Below, in pieces: positions 30,147 to 43,214 of a stretch of 64,000 nt of DNA (within the stretch, counting starts at the first letter, position 1; each line of letters opens with the position of its first letter). The stretch comes from Takakia lepidozioides (taxonomy: Eukaryota > Plantae > Bryophyta), in the NCBI GenBank assembly GCA_030704615.1, contig CM060733.1, positions 17,360,001 through 17,424,000 of the forward strand. The letters are read 5' to 3'. The position numbers were made by a program, and so were the translations under genes. The notes under the pieces are model-generated. The model saw nothing but the letters and a program-made list of their open reading frames with translations. It did not search any database and was not told the DNA's origin.

Positions 30147-31503
30147 CAGTGTTGGGCGGGTATTACTTTTTCTAATACCAGCCGGGTCCTGGTAAATTAA
30201 TTTTCAATACCAGCCGGTTCCATAGTATTAGAAGATTCACTTAATTTTAATATCCGCTGGTTCTCAATAATAGTCTGATTTTTTATTTGCGGACGGGTAT
30301 CAATAGGATGGGTATTCCAATCTAATATCAGCCGGTTATCAACCCGGATATCAATACATGAAACGAGACGTTTGTTTTGTTTGTTTTGTTTTGTTTTGTC
30401 ACGTTGAGATGTCCCAAACCGCAAGGCCCCAGCCCTGGTGCTTGGTACCGTTGGAAAGCCCTCGACGAGGAGGGGTGCACGGGCTTGGTCTCATGATTTT
30501 CGGACCTGCGGTGTGGGAGATACAGAATTCCAAGTACTTTTGGTCGCTGGAAATTCACAAAAAATAGCAAAAATGGCAAAGTGGGCATTCCCGGGACAAT
30601 GGATGGAGCCTCGACGGGAGAGAGATCAAGGGAAAGGTCTCCGGTTCAAATCTGGTCGTAGGTTATGTGGAAAAAAAAAGATTAGATATGGCTTGCTTCA
30701 TATATTGATGCACTTGGACTTAGATGACATTGGACACTTGGGCCAACTGCATATGCTACCCTATAGACGGGAGATATATCAATAATGATTGGACATATTA
30801 CTATTCAATAAATTCATGGAAAAAGAAAGTGGGGCCTTGACATGGGAGACGTACTTGGATACGTAGGAGATTCCACTTGGGGTTAGATAACAGTGGACAC
30901 TTGGGCCTCTACATGGGAGATGCACTTGGATACATGAAAAGAAGATTGCACTTGGGCTTACGTTGGCCTAGATGACATTGGACACTTGGGCCAACGGCAG
31001 ATGCTACCCTAGAGGTCGCATTTGGGCCACGGCATAGGAGATGCACTTGGATACATCGGGATTGCACACTAGGCTTAGATGGGCCTTGACATGGGAGACG
31101 CACATGGGAGATGCCTTTGGATACATAGGAGATTGCACTTAGGCTTAGATGACACTAGACACTTGGGCCAAAGGCACATGCTACCCTAGTACATAACTAA
31201 AATTAAAATTAAAATAGCCACTATATCATTCATATGTATTTATTTGAACTTAGAAGCATTCATTCACAAAGAAATTAATTATTATGTTGCAAAATATGCT
31301 AAAAAATGAAGAATAGGGGCGGGCCCTTTGGGGCTAGACATGCACTGACCCTGACCCCTGACATGTGCATCTGCCCAATTTCATTTTATACCATGGTATA
31401 GTCCTTGTTTTTTCCTATAATATGGGTATTGGACGGGTATTGCCTTTGGCAATACAAGCCGGTCCGGTTATTAACCCATCCACGTCGGTTATTCAATACC
31501 CTG
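30147..31503. mobile_element. Second hAT-like non-autonomous element abutting the first
   Basis: Starts CAGTGTTGGGCGGGTATT right after the first element's TSD. GGGTATT/AATACC subterminal motifs at both ends. Internal degenerate tandem repeats at ~30710-31190. Right end uncertain, no TSD found. Confidence 0.5.
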
Positions 31504-31519
31504 GTAGATGCCCTGGTTG

Positions 31520-33625
31520 GGGGATTGGTATGGCATGAGTACAAATGGCATGAGAGCAGAGTGTGAGCACAAAAAAATCGCCGCGTGAGCAGGATCCACG
31601 GTTATAGGGGTGATATGTATGTCAGCGGAAATACATATAATAGACAGACATAGGGTCTTACTGCGTTAATAGGGTCTCCATGGTGTCTAAATATAATCTT
31701 AAACATATAGAAGGAGCTGGAAAGGGAGAAACCATTTTTAAAAAACAAAAACAAAGACCAAACCCCAATTTCGCTGACGAAATCAGGTTTCGCTAGTGAA
31801 AATCCAAGTCTCGTTGGCAAAAACCGTTTGCGTTTCGCTCGAAACCCATTTTTTGGGTGGTTCTTGGGGAGGGCAGCAAAGGCGGGAGTAGAACCTGTGA
31901 GCAGATTCCCTGATGCGTGAGCATATTACTGATACGGATCCCAAAACCGAGGGAACAAGTGGGCCTATAGCCGTAGACGCGAACTTCACTGCAAGGATGC
32001 AGTGTCTGTTCGATCGGATCAAAGACAGACATACTCCATGACGACAATGTGGCACGAAAATACGATGAAAAAGGTTTCGGATGAATGTATGTGGGATGAA
32101 CGCAAACGGAAATGGATGAACGCTGGATGATTATCGGATGAAAAATTGCCCAGACGTGTAAACCATGGATGACTGTAACAACATGTATGGATAAGGGATG
32201 AGCATGCGCAGGAAAGAAGGCATTAAGCTGTCGTCAACGACAGCTTAACTCGCAGCCCATCTCAGCACATGTGAGCCCACGATAAAACCATGGGGGGGGG
32301 GGGGGGTTTCATTTTTGTGCAGGGAAGCAGGCCTAAAGATGCCCTCAACGGTAGCTCAATTCCGAACAGGGGCACATGACATGTCAACTCAGGGAGCACA
32401 TGCATTACTGGTAAGTGAGTGTGTGGAGGGGCTGCAGATTAAGGTGTCGTCAACGACATCTTAATTCTCAGCCCTGTGCCAACCTGAGAATTGAACCCAA
32501 CAGGGGAAAAAGAAAAAAAAAAAAAAAAACAATCCCCGAAAAGTGACAAATTAGATGCTATTGAAGAGGGAACACGTGCCTTAGCGGTAAGCATGTGTGT
32601 GCAGGGGCTGGGGATTAAGGTATCATCAACGATACCTTAATTTGTGCCCTGTCCGAACATGAGATTTGAACCCAACACACCCAAAATAAAAATAAAAATA
32701 AAAATAAAAATCCCACCCTCCTAGATTAAGGTGTCGTCAACAACATCTTAATATGGCTGGTCTTGTGGTGTGCTATTTGGGATAAATGACATCGACAAAT
32801 TGCTCGGACTACATAACTTATGATTCGTTGTCATGTCTTTCTTCCAGGTGACCAGAAGTTTGCTCATTGGTGTACGATCGTTGACCCCAGGATGATCGTT
32901 GACCCCAGGACGCATCGTTTTCATATTCATCTTTGGTGCACTCGTTTGGCATGCGGACTATTTGCGAAGTTTGCTCATTGGTGTATGATTGCAGGAGTCC
33001 CAGGACACCACGGTTTCTACCTTCTTTGCCAACCCGGATTTTTTCCCAAGTCCTTCAACAAATTTTTATTTGCCATCTTATGCGGAGGCTGCGGCTACGG
33101 AATATAGTCTATAAGCATCTCCCCCTTCTGTGTTTCACAACAGACATAGTTTTCTAAAGAGCAGGGCTAGCGTCTTTGTAGACAGTTCTGCCTGCATTTT
33201 GAACGGTAGCTCCTGTAGCAGTGGATCTTCTTTGTCGGATTGAATCACATGTTTTGGAACGTTTATTTACGAAGCACCAGTTCACCTCTTTGCCTTCTTT
33301 CCAATTGGGTAAGAGCCTCAATATCAACCATCCATACCCCTCCTCAATCAATTCAACAATGTGCATTCATTGTTGCCAACATATTTTAGAATACACTACA
33401 CTATATTTATTTCATTCATCCATGTGTCATTCGTAATACCAACATTCATCCTACATTCATCCTTCATTCATCCAAGCAGCATCCATACCCAAGCTTGTAA
33501 TTCTGACCAGTCTGCGCAGTAATAGGGGTTATAAGTCGAATAGGCGCCCGCGGTTATAGGCGACAAGATCCTGAAGCGTGAGCAGAATTCTGCTCACGGA
33601 TTCTGTTCACGGTTAAGCAATCCCC
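31520..33625. mobile_element. Short non-autonomous member (copy 3) of the palindrome-array Mutator-like family
   Basis: Termini GGGGATTG...CAATCCCC, CRTGAGC and GGTTATAGG subterminal motifs, GGATGAA tracts, and four internal palindromes. Confidence 0.65.
32223..32751. repeat. Palindrome array of copy 3: TTAAG(C/G)TGTCGT-CA-ACGACA(G/T)CTTAA
   Basis: Copies at 32223-32248, 32439-32464, 32615-32640 and 32726-32751. Confidence 0.9.
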
Positions 33626-33687
33626 GTTCTTGGGGATATTCTACACATAATGTTACCAAATGCCACATTAATGTTTACGTGTGCTCA

Positions 33688-34413
33688 TGTCGCGGCCCTT
33701 TGCCTTGAGGGCAGGGGGTCGGGACACAAGAGGGGCTGCCCCTGTGGTGGGGGCAGTGGCGACAATAGATGCGGGGGCTGAAGCACCCTTGAGTGCACAA
33801 GGCACTCCAGTAGGCGGAGGCGCTCACTAGGTGGAGCCCCGCACACCGGATTGCGGTGGGGGTGGTTCCACGAGGGGTGGTGTTAGCTTAATGAGACTTA
33901 GTGAGGGTGGGATAGGACTCACCATGGGGGCGGAGACCTTGTGGTGGGAGTCGTGGGGAGTCTTGGGACTCATCACGGTCCAATGGGACCGTGGTGGGTG
34001 GGCCAAGACTCACCGCGACTCATCACCAGGAATCGAGGGTTTTCATGGTGGTTCGCCATAAAATGGCATGGTTGTTTGTGAAACCCCCGCGGACAGTCAC
34101 AGAAGTATATATAGGGAGTAGTAACCCCGAGAACGGTGCAAGCCCATTGGTGACCAAAAACTAGTGAGTAAGCGTGCGAGCCGGAAAGCAACCAAGGTGT
34201 GGAGAGCTATTCCGGACTGCCATCGACAAAGGGAATTTCCACTAGGCTCAAATTGGGAGAGGGTCTTGTGGAGGAATAAAGGGGGACCATTATGTCCTGG
34301 TGAGCAGCCGAAGCTCCAAGTTGGCCCGACGGTCAGTTAGGGAGTTAGGCGCGTGCATCAAAGCGAGTAACTATGACTTGAAGGGGGAGCTTACTGAAGT
34401 GAGGTGCGTGACA
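33688..34413 (+). repeat. 5' LTR
   Basis: Near-identical to 38193-38919 and followed by a tRNA-Met PBS. Confidence 0.95.
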
Positions 34414-37400
34414 TTTGGTATCAGAGCTTAGAGTTCAGTACGCGATCATCCTTAGGATCGGCCTCATCATGGGGTCGGGCAAGCCAAAGCGAAAGTGGAA
34501 CGGCCCGAAAGATGATGATCCTGGTGAGCCCGATGGGGGCGACGTGTCACCGAAGCGGCCATTTGAGGAAGCGATGCATGCTTTTGAAAATGAGGCCACT
34601 CAAGAACGGGAGGAATCTAAGGAGTCGGAGCCCGAGGAATCTCTGAGAGCTCCAACAGACCAATAGATGCCTCCCATGCCAGCAGCCTTTTGGGAAGGGT
34701 TGTTGGCACAATTTGGTGGGACGTTGAAAGACGTGTTGAAGGCAGCTAATGTCACTTCCACTAAGGCAAAATTTAAGGTGAAGCCTAAGGAACCCGACAC
34801 CTTCGAGGGCATCCAAAATCGGAAGGCACTCAACACCTGGCTCTTGGAGTTAGAGCAGTACTTCCGGGCGGCCAAGTTGAGTGACGAGGATCGGGTGGAA
34901 GTGGCTCCCACCTATTTGAGGGGCTATGCTCAACAATGGTGGCAGAAACGCCTTCACAACCAAGGTCCAAACCCGGAAACCTTGAACTGGAGTGGGTTCA
35001 AGGAACTAATGAAGAGACAGTTTGTGCCCCTCAACGCGTCATGGGTTGCCCGGGACAAGATGAGGAATCTGAAGCAAACGGATGACATTCGGGGATATGT
35101 TCAGGCTTTCAATGTGCTGTTGCTCGAAATCGCGGACGTGGCAGAACCAGAAATGGTCTTCAACTTCATGGTGGGACTGGCCCCGTGGGCCAAACGGAAT
35201 TGGAAGAGAAGCCACCTAAGACTTTGAACGAGACAATTGAGAGGGCTGAATGTTTCTCGGATGTCCCTAGGGGCGAAAGACAAGGTCGTACGGAGTTGAA
35301 CCACAAGAAGACCCGGCAGGAGGGTGACTCCTTTCGACCGGAAAAGAAGTGGGATAGGCCACGCGGCGACAATGGCACTTGAAAATTGAAGGGAGGGCCT
35401 TCACACGCCAAGACGACCCCCGGTGCTCCGAAAAGAAAATCAGGTGCAACGCTTTATGGCGGACAAAATGCGACCTTCGATGGAGTGTGCTTCAATTGTG
35501 GGGAGTCCGGGCACATGTCCAAGAAGTGCACGAATCCCCGACAATTGAATATGACTCGGGCAACCACGGAGTTGTTCGAAGCTTCCATCAGCCGCTTGGT
35601 GGAGGCGGTGGTCGCCAAGACTTGCAAGGTAGGCAACTACTCTTGTGAGTTGTATCAGGAAACTGGCGCCTTGCGAAAAGGGAGTCAGTTAATATTTGTG
35701 AGTGGGATAATCCCCGGAACTAACGTGTCGTTGTTGGTGGACACAGGAGCGTCGCACTCCTTCATGACACCGGCAATGGCACGGAAGCTGGGACTCCCGA
35801 CAAGTGATGTGGGGGCCTCTATTGAGGTGCGTTCTGCAAAAGGAGAACCACAATTGGCGACGAGGTTGGCGTTCGATGTTCCTCTTCAACTCGGGAGTTG
35901 GGGGGGACGTGAGAACTTCACCATTTGTGAGATCGATGAAGTGGATCTCATTTTGGGGATGACATTTCTGAGCAGATCCGGAGCGGTCATAGATGGCCGC
36001 AAGAGGGTAGTCACGCTACCATGTGAGAATGGTGGCGAAGTTTTTACAAGTGTCGGAAACGCCCAACCCCGTGGGAGGGCGAATAAACCTTCTGTCAGCA
36101 AGGGAGTGGGCCGTGGAGGAGTCACACGAGCCCCAGTTTTTGCTTTATGTAAGACAAGTGAAGTGAGAAGGCGATGGGGAGCCGAGCCCAGATTGGATCA
36201 AGGGGATTTTGGAGAAATACCAAGATGTGATGCCAGAGGATTTACCAAGCGGCTTGCCACCGCGAAGAGGAGTTGACCACAAGATTGAGGTGATACCGGG
36301 ATCGGAGCCGCCTGCCAAGGCGCCCTACCGGTTGAGCCACAGAGAGTTGGTCGAACTGAAGACTCAGCTCAAGGATCTAATGTCAAAGGGGTACATCCGG
36401 CCGAGTAAGTCACCTTATGGAGCCCCGGTGCTATTCGCAGACAAGAAGGATGGGACGCTGCGGATGTGTGTCGATTACAGGGCTCTAAGTAAGGTGACTA
36501 TCAAAAATTGGTACCCTTTGCCAAGGATCGACGACCTCTTTGATCGGTTGGCAGGAGCGAAGTATTTCAGCCGGATCGATTTGCGCTTCGGCTACCATCA
36601 AATTCGAGTGGCGGAAGGAGACGAGGAGAAGACCGCGTGCAGAACAAGGTATGGTTCATATGAGTTCTTGGTGATGCCGTTTGGGCTCACCAACGCACCC
36701 GCGACCTTTAGCATGCTAATGAATAGTTTTTTCCAGGAGTGGTTGGATGATTTTGTGATCGTGTACATCTGGTGTACTCGAAAACAAAGGAAGAGCACCT
36801 GGAGCACCTAAAAAGGGTTTTCCAGAAATTGCGGGAATGGAAGCTGTATGCCAAAGCTTCAAAGTGCGAATTCGGGGTCACGAAAGTGGAGTTCCTGGGG
36901 CATGTGATTACACAGGATGGGATCAAAATGGATAACAGAAAGGTGAGGGCGATTTTGGACTGGGAGCCTCCGACTTCGGTCCCGGGAGTGCGATCCTTCC
37001 TAGGACTCGCCTCCTATTACCGGAAGTATGTGAGAAATTTCACCAAGATCGTAGGGCCGCTGTCAGACCTCATGTGTAAATCCAAAGTCTGGGTATGGAA
37101 CATCTTTTGTGGCCAAGCTTTTGCTGAGTTGAAGCAGCGGATGGCGGAAGCTCCAGTCCTCAAAATTCCGGAGTTCGACCGTCCATTTGAGATCCATACA
37201 GATGCGTTGGACTTTGCAATTGGGGGTGTACTCATGCAGGATGGACGTCCAGTGGCTTACGAAAGTAAGAAACTGAATGAAGTAGAGCGACGGTGGCCTA
37301 CGCATGAGAAAGAAATGAAATGCATGCTTAGCCCGGCTTAGCTAGCTCAGGAATCCGATTGCAAAAACTTGTATTATACAAATTTTGTTATAAATGAAAT

Positions 37401-38192
37401 GGTTTCCAAATGTTGTGCATCCTATTTTCTTTGGAATGGTGATGCATGGTATGGTTGGCTAGTGTGTAGAATGCATGCTAACTTACAAAAGTGGGAGAGA
37501 TAAATTGGGTAATCGTGTGTTTGCGCAATGCCGAAATCGGGTGACTCCCACCCAAGGGGCAATGAAATTTGCGTCTTCTTTGGGAGTTCACGTGCTAGTG
37601 CGCACGTGGCGCGTGCGCGTACTATAACTGCGCTACCGAGGGGGTTGCCTTGTAGTGCGGGCTAACACGGAAGCTACGTGCTTCCGTTCACGTACTATAA
37701 TCGTGTAGCCTCGGGCTGAAGTCGTAGTGCGGCTTTGGCGTGTTCCCGTACCTCAGGCCAGCATTCCAAGGCGGACCCAATTGTAGTGATTGGGGCGCAC
37801 GGTTGGTTCAAGGTTATCTTCCTAGTCAAAAAGGGTTCAAGGTGAACCCTTTCTCAAGGTGATGCCAAAAAAGTGGCATCACGAGCGGTCGCAAGCAAAT
37901 GTTGTTGCAGTAAGGCGATTCGATCCTCGGGGAGGATCGTTCCTTGGCCTTGAAGTGGGCCAAGAAGAGTGCACTGGGAGAAGCTTGAGAGGCTCCACCC
38001 TTGGCCGGGACTTGGAGGAAGTCGGCCGAACTTGCTAGTGGAGAGTAGAGTCAAGTGGGGTTTTGGTCCTTAGCCATGGGACGCCATGGTGCGGAAACAA
38101 ACTCCTTGATGTGGGATGCCACAACTTGGATGTTCGTTTCTACAAAATAGACAAGTCGATGAGGACATCGACTCCCTATTGGTAGGGGTGTG

Positions 38193-38919
38193 TGTCGCGG
38201 CCTTTTGCCTTGAGGGCAGGGGGTCGGGACACGAGAGGGGCTGCCCCTGTGGTGGGGGCAGTGGCGACAATAGATGTGGGGGCTGAAGCACCCTTGAGTG
38301 CCCAAGGCACTCAAGGAGGCGGAGGCGCTCACTAGGTGGAGCCCCGCACACCGGATTGCGGTGGGGGTGGTTCCACGAGGGGTGGTGTTAGCTTAGTGAG
38401 ACTTAGTGGGGGTGGCATAGGACTCACCATGGGGGCGGAGACCTTGTGGTGGGAGTCGTGGGGAGTCTTGGGACTCATCACGGTCCAATGGGACCGTGGT
38501 GGGTGGGCCAAGACTCACCGCGACTCATCACCGGGAATCGAGGGTTTTCATGGTGGTTCGCCATAAAATGGCATGGTTGTTTGTTAAACCCCCGTGGACA
38601 GTCACAGAAGTATATATAGGGAGTATTAACCCCGAGAACGGTGCAAGCCCGTTGGTGACCAAAAACTAGTGAGTAAGCGTGCGAGCCGGAAAGCGACCAA
38701 GGTGTGGGGAGCTATTCCGGACTGCCATCGACCAAAGGGAATTTCCACTAGGCCCAAATTGGGAGAGGGTATTGTGAAGGAGTAAAGGGGGACCGTTATG
38801 TCCCGGTGATCAGCCGAAGCTCCGAGTTGGCCCGGCGGCTAGTTAGGGAGTTAGTCGCGCGCATCAAAGCGAGTAACTATGACTTGAAGGTGGAGCTTAC
38901 CGAAGTGAGGTGCGCGACA
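38193..38919 (+). repeat. 3' LTR
   Basis: Preceded by a polypurine tract. TG...CA ends. Confidence 0.95.
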
Positions 38920-39357
38920 GCTGATCTTTGAGTTTTAGCAGATATATTCACTACAACATATTGCGGCTTTTATGACTCCCATGGGTGCGCAGTCATGACA
39001 GATTTGTGGCAGAAATGCCATTTGCAGCTGCATGGCTTCGGACTCTGCGCAACACAGGTCAAACATGTTTGACCACGAATATTGGCATGGCAGATATGAC
39101 TACCAGTCACGGTCATGGCTACACTAGAATGACATGTGCATATTGCAAGACAGACATATGACTTCATGACTCTCACTCTAATGCATTATGCCAGATCATC
39201 ACATGGATGAATCACTACATGACTACACGTGTCGACACATGCTTTTCTGGTTATATATATAATATATGAGTATTTATATCTTAAAAAAACGGAGACTCTT
39301 ACCACTAGAATGAATTAAAAAAACCCAAAAAAAACAAAGATTTAAAAAAAATCACAT

Positions 39358-39570
39358 CGGCTGGTAAGTGCACAGTGTGTCGCCCTTGTGGTTTGGGGTT
39401 CAAACCCGCTGCCCTTATCCCGTGTGTGGGATTGTTCGAGACGGTATGTCTTGACGTTGATCGTCCTGTAGGTCTTATGGCCCATAAATGAAGGCGGGTG
39501 AATTTTCCCCCTCCTCAAGGGCTTGTGGTTTCCTTTAAGGAAAAAAAAAGAAAAAAAAGAAAAATCAAAA
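39358..39570 (+). mobile_element. tRNA-derived SINE, copy B (5' clipped, A-rich tail)
   Basis: Aligns by eye to 28858-29050. GGGTTCAAACC B-box. A-rich tail at 39541-39570. Confidence 0.7.
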
Positions 39571-41489
39571 AGGGGCTTTTAGGGTTTACAAAAAGGTTAA
39601 AAAACTTAAAAAGTTGCCCATCACAGTAGCGTGAACAGACTTAGAGCGAGCGGGAGGGAGGGAGAGAGAGGGTTGGGACTTAGAGCGAGCGAGCGGGAGA
39701 GAGGGCAAACATGCATGGGAGGCCCGCAGTTGGATCAACCTTCGCATCTGGAGCAAGCAACCCTAGAAACGCTAGGGTATGTGTGCGAGGAGGTTTCGGC
39801 TGGGAGCCCGCCGTTCTTGGGAGAGTCAGCTTCGTCTTAGAAGGCCGTGTTTCAATCTCTACCCGCTCGGCCCTGATTTTACAGCACGGAGCAGAGCTGG
39901 CATGAGTTTCTAAAAGATCCTTCACGATGGTGGGACAACCGCAATCGCAAGGTGTGGCTTTTTCTTAATGTACGATGTGAAGAAGTTTGTCCATCCTGCA
40001 AATGTGGGTTGGCTCTCCTGTTAGTACCATGATTTGGTATTCTTCCTGATGTTTACAAGGTTTTTGGGAGAGTTAGCTTGGTCTTAGTAGGCCGTGTTTC
40101 AATCTCTGCCCACTCAGCTGCACCGTGGTGGTTCTCACTGACCAATCCGACATTACCTAACTACAGACACAAGCAGCACACACTAGAGGTCATCTTGGGT
40201 TCATGTTCAGTCAAATCCTCCATGGGTCATGACACAAGGTCGAGGACAATGTGGTGAGGGCACCTTCTTCTTCGACCTATTTCAGCCTATTTTGCCCTCT
40301 CATCAGACTCGGCCCTGAATTTGAATCATGGAGCAGAGCTGGCATGAGTTTTTTTAAGATCCTTCGCGAGGGTGCGACCGCAATCGCAAGGTGTGGTTTT
40401 TCTTTAATGTACGATGTGCAGAATTTTGTCCATCCTGCAAATGTGGGTTGTTGGCTCCTGTTAGTACCATGATTTGATATTATTCCTAATGTTTACAAGG
40501 TTCTTGGGAGAGTCAGCTTGGTCTTAGCAGACCGTGTTTCAAAGTCTGCCTGCTCAGCTGCACCATGGTGCAGGTTCTCATTGACCAATCCGACATTACC
40601 TGACTACAGACACAAGCATCACACACAAGGTCAAATCCTCCATGGGTCATGACACAAGGTCAAGGACAGTGTGGTGAGGGCACTTTCTTCTTCGACCTAT
40701 TTCAGCATGTTTTGCCCTCTCATCAGACGCCCTGAGATGCATATTGAATTTTGTAAGTTAGCTCATTGCTCATTGATAAGTAGGGTTGGGGGTGTTTGCT
40801 GGAACAATTCTAGGCTGTCATTGTCAGCTGCTAGCAGGAAGGCAAGGATGTATGCATAGATAGCTGAAGGATTTTGTGCATAGGCATAGATAGCTGAAGG
40901 AGCAGGGATAGAGTGTGGGCCCAAATTCGTCCAAGAGGGCCGGATTTCAAGCTCCATTATTTCAGTGTCATCCATTCAGCCAGGGATTTCCTGGTGACAT
41001 TGCCAAGGCTTTACTCGCAACACGATGCTTGTAAAGCTTCCTTAGCTTGAATGCTGATTATGCTTGAATTATTAGGTTTGTAAAGCCAGTTTTGAAATTT
41101 TCATGGTAATCAGCTCTCTTGAAAATCTGTAGGTTGCAAGCCATTTACAGCGGGCCGTGGGTGGACTGGAAGATAGCCATTGAAAGTCCTGGTGCAAGTT
41201 AATACCAGTGGAGAGCATAATAAGCTTCATATGCCCTTTTGGTGCTAGTTATCTTCATGTATGGTACTGTTGAACACCAACAATGTTTTGGTGAGATTCT
41301 GTCTTGGTGCACATGTCTGATAAAGAAAGACGGTAATGTTTGTTCTGAAACCTGAAGGCGTGAAATGATTCAACACAACAAGAGCATTACGCGTGTCACA
41401 GTACAAGCTGTAAGAAAGCAAGAGATACATAGTTATACAGTCAAACAGACAACTATCAGTTTCTGTGGAATCTCTTGCCAATGGCAGGA

Positions 41490-41735
41490 GATGGGGGAAG
41501 GGGTGAAGGCCGCCGACATAACGTTTGTGTGCGTTTGCAGCCCTGGAAAAGGGCAAAGAGATCCCTGGTGACATCATCAAATCTGCAATTGTACCAGATG
41601 TCATCCTGAACATGGCTCTGGTGGCCATGTATGCTAAATGTGGGAGCATTGAGGATGCCAAGGGAGTGTTCAACACTATGGCTGAACTAGATGTGGTGTC
41701 GTGGAATGCGATGCTTGAAGGGTGTACAGAGCAGG
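41490..41735 (+). pseudogene. PLS-class PPR gene fragment
   Basis: EGVKAADITFVC...ALVAMYAKCGSIEDAKGVFNTMAELDVVSWNAML. Confidence 0.8.
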
Positions 41736-43214
41736 AGCGCGGGATGGGGCTTTGGAAAGCAAATGATGGAGAAAAGGATGAAGGTACCTTCTTCAACATA
41801 TTTCACCCTGTTTTCCCTGCTAGTGTTTGCTTTGACAATTCTAGGCTGTCATTGTCAGCTGCTAGCAGCAAGGCGAGGATGTATGCATGATTTGTGCAGA
41901 GGCATGGATAGCTGAAGGAGCAGGGATTTCGTGTGGGTCCAGATTCATCCAAGAAGGCCAGATTTCAAGCACAAGATTACCTGTGATTCCCTGTGGATCA
42001 ATAGCTACAAGAAACCTGCATGGGTAGATGGTCAACTGGGAGCAGCGGCACAAGTGATAAAATCAGGCACTGCTAATGAAGGCATCTTCTTCAACACATT
42101 TCACCCTGTTTTTCCCTCTTATCAGAATCGGCCCTAAATTTACATGTTCAATTCTGCAAGTTAGCTGGTTGAGTGAATCTAGTTTGGAGTGACTTTGACA
42201 TGATACTGCCAATGTGACAACAGGAAAGTGTCAAAAAATAGGTAACAGAGATGAGGAGAAGCTGTGGAATGAATACTTATCTGAGCCCAGGCACTGATGG
42301 GTCAACCGGGGCAGAAAGGTGAATGCCTGCTACATTTCAGAGAGTAGCAGACGCAATTCAGCATAGGAACTAGTGTGCTACGCTGAGTTGGGTGTTTCCT
42401 AGAACAAATGTAGGCTGTCATTGTCAGCTGCTAGCAGCAAGGCAAGGATGAATGCTTGATTTGTGCAGAGGCATGGATAGCTGAAGGAATAGAGATAGAG
42501 TGTGGGTGACGCAGGGTGCTGGGCGATGGGCAAGATGTCTTTGTATAAACGTGAGTGACCTTCCTATCATCCTGGGTTTCATTTTTAGTGCATGTTTCTT
42601 TGTGAAGTATCTGACGACTTCGCCAATACACACCAACCTTTTTGCTTTGGTTTGTTTAGGACATGGGATAGAAGTTACCATAAACAACACTGGCATTGGT
42701 TTTTCATATATGGTATTAGATAATTCTCTTAATTGTTTCCGCCTTGGCAGGTTGCTCAGTGACCTTCCCTGGACGCTTTGGAGTATAGCGAGTGAGTGTC
42801 TCACAATGCAATATGGTTGGTGCATCTTATGCAAGAACTTGGAAAACAAACAAATGTCCTTGCTGTAGTAATTCTTAAAGCCATGCAAGCCGTTTTTGAT
42901 GGGTTGCAGATTGATGGAATACATGAGTAGTTAGAAGATTTTGGGTGAACACTTTTCAAAGTGTTATAGTTAGATAAAATAATTCACATGAGAACATGCG
43001 ACTATTTAATGTATTTTTAGATCGCAACAAAAATGATAATGATAAATAGATTGGTAAATAGAGATGGTATGCAATCTCTTGGTTTTGCTCAGCTTGTTGT
43101 AGTTATGTCTTGCTGCCTTGTTCTCTTTGTATTATATATTATATTTCATTGTTGTAATAGACATGTACATGACTGCTATCATAGTCATAATAATGACTAC
43201 ATCTATTTTCACTG

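Larger units (their letters stand above)
33688..38919 (+). mobile_element. Ty3/Gypsy (chromovirus-type) LTR retrotransposon with integrase deleted
   Basis: LTRs 33688-34413 and 38193-38919 (TGT...ACA). PBS TGGTATCAGAGC at 34416. PPT at ~38181-38192. TSD GCTCA/GCTGA. Gag with CFNCGESGHMSKKC, protease LVDTGAS, RT and partial RNase H. Confidence 0.95.
38949..43214. mobile_element. CACTA-like non-autonomous element with captured gene fragments, right end lost
   Basis: CACTACAACA at 38949. Dense ATGAC/GTCAT subterminal motifs at 38970-39230, reappearing at ~43170-43200. Contains internal duplications, PPR fragments and PDF-motif fragments. Confidence 0.55.
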
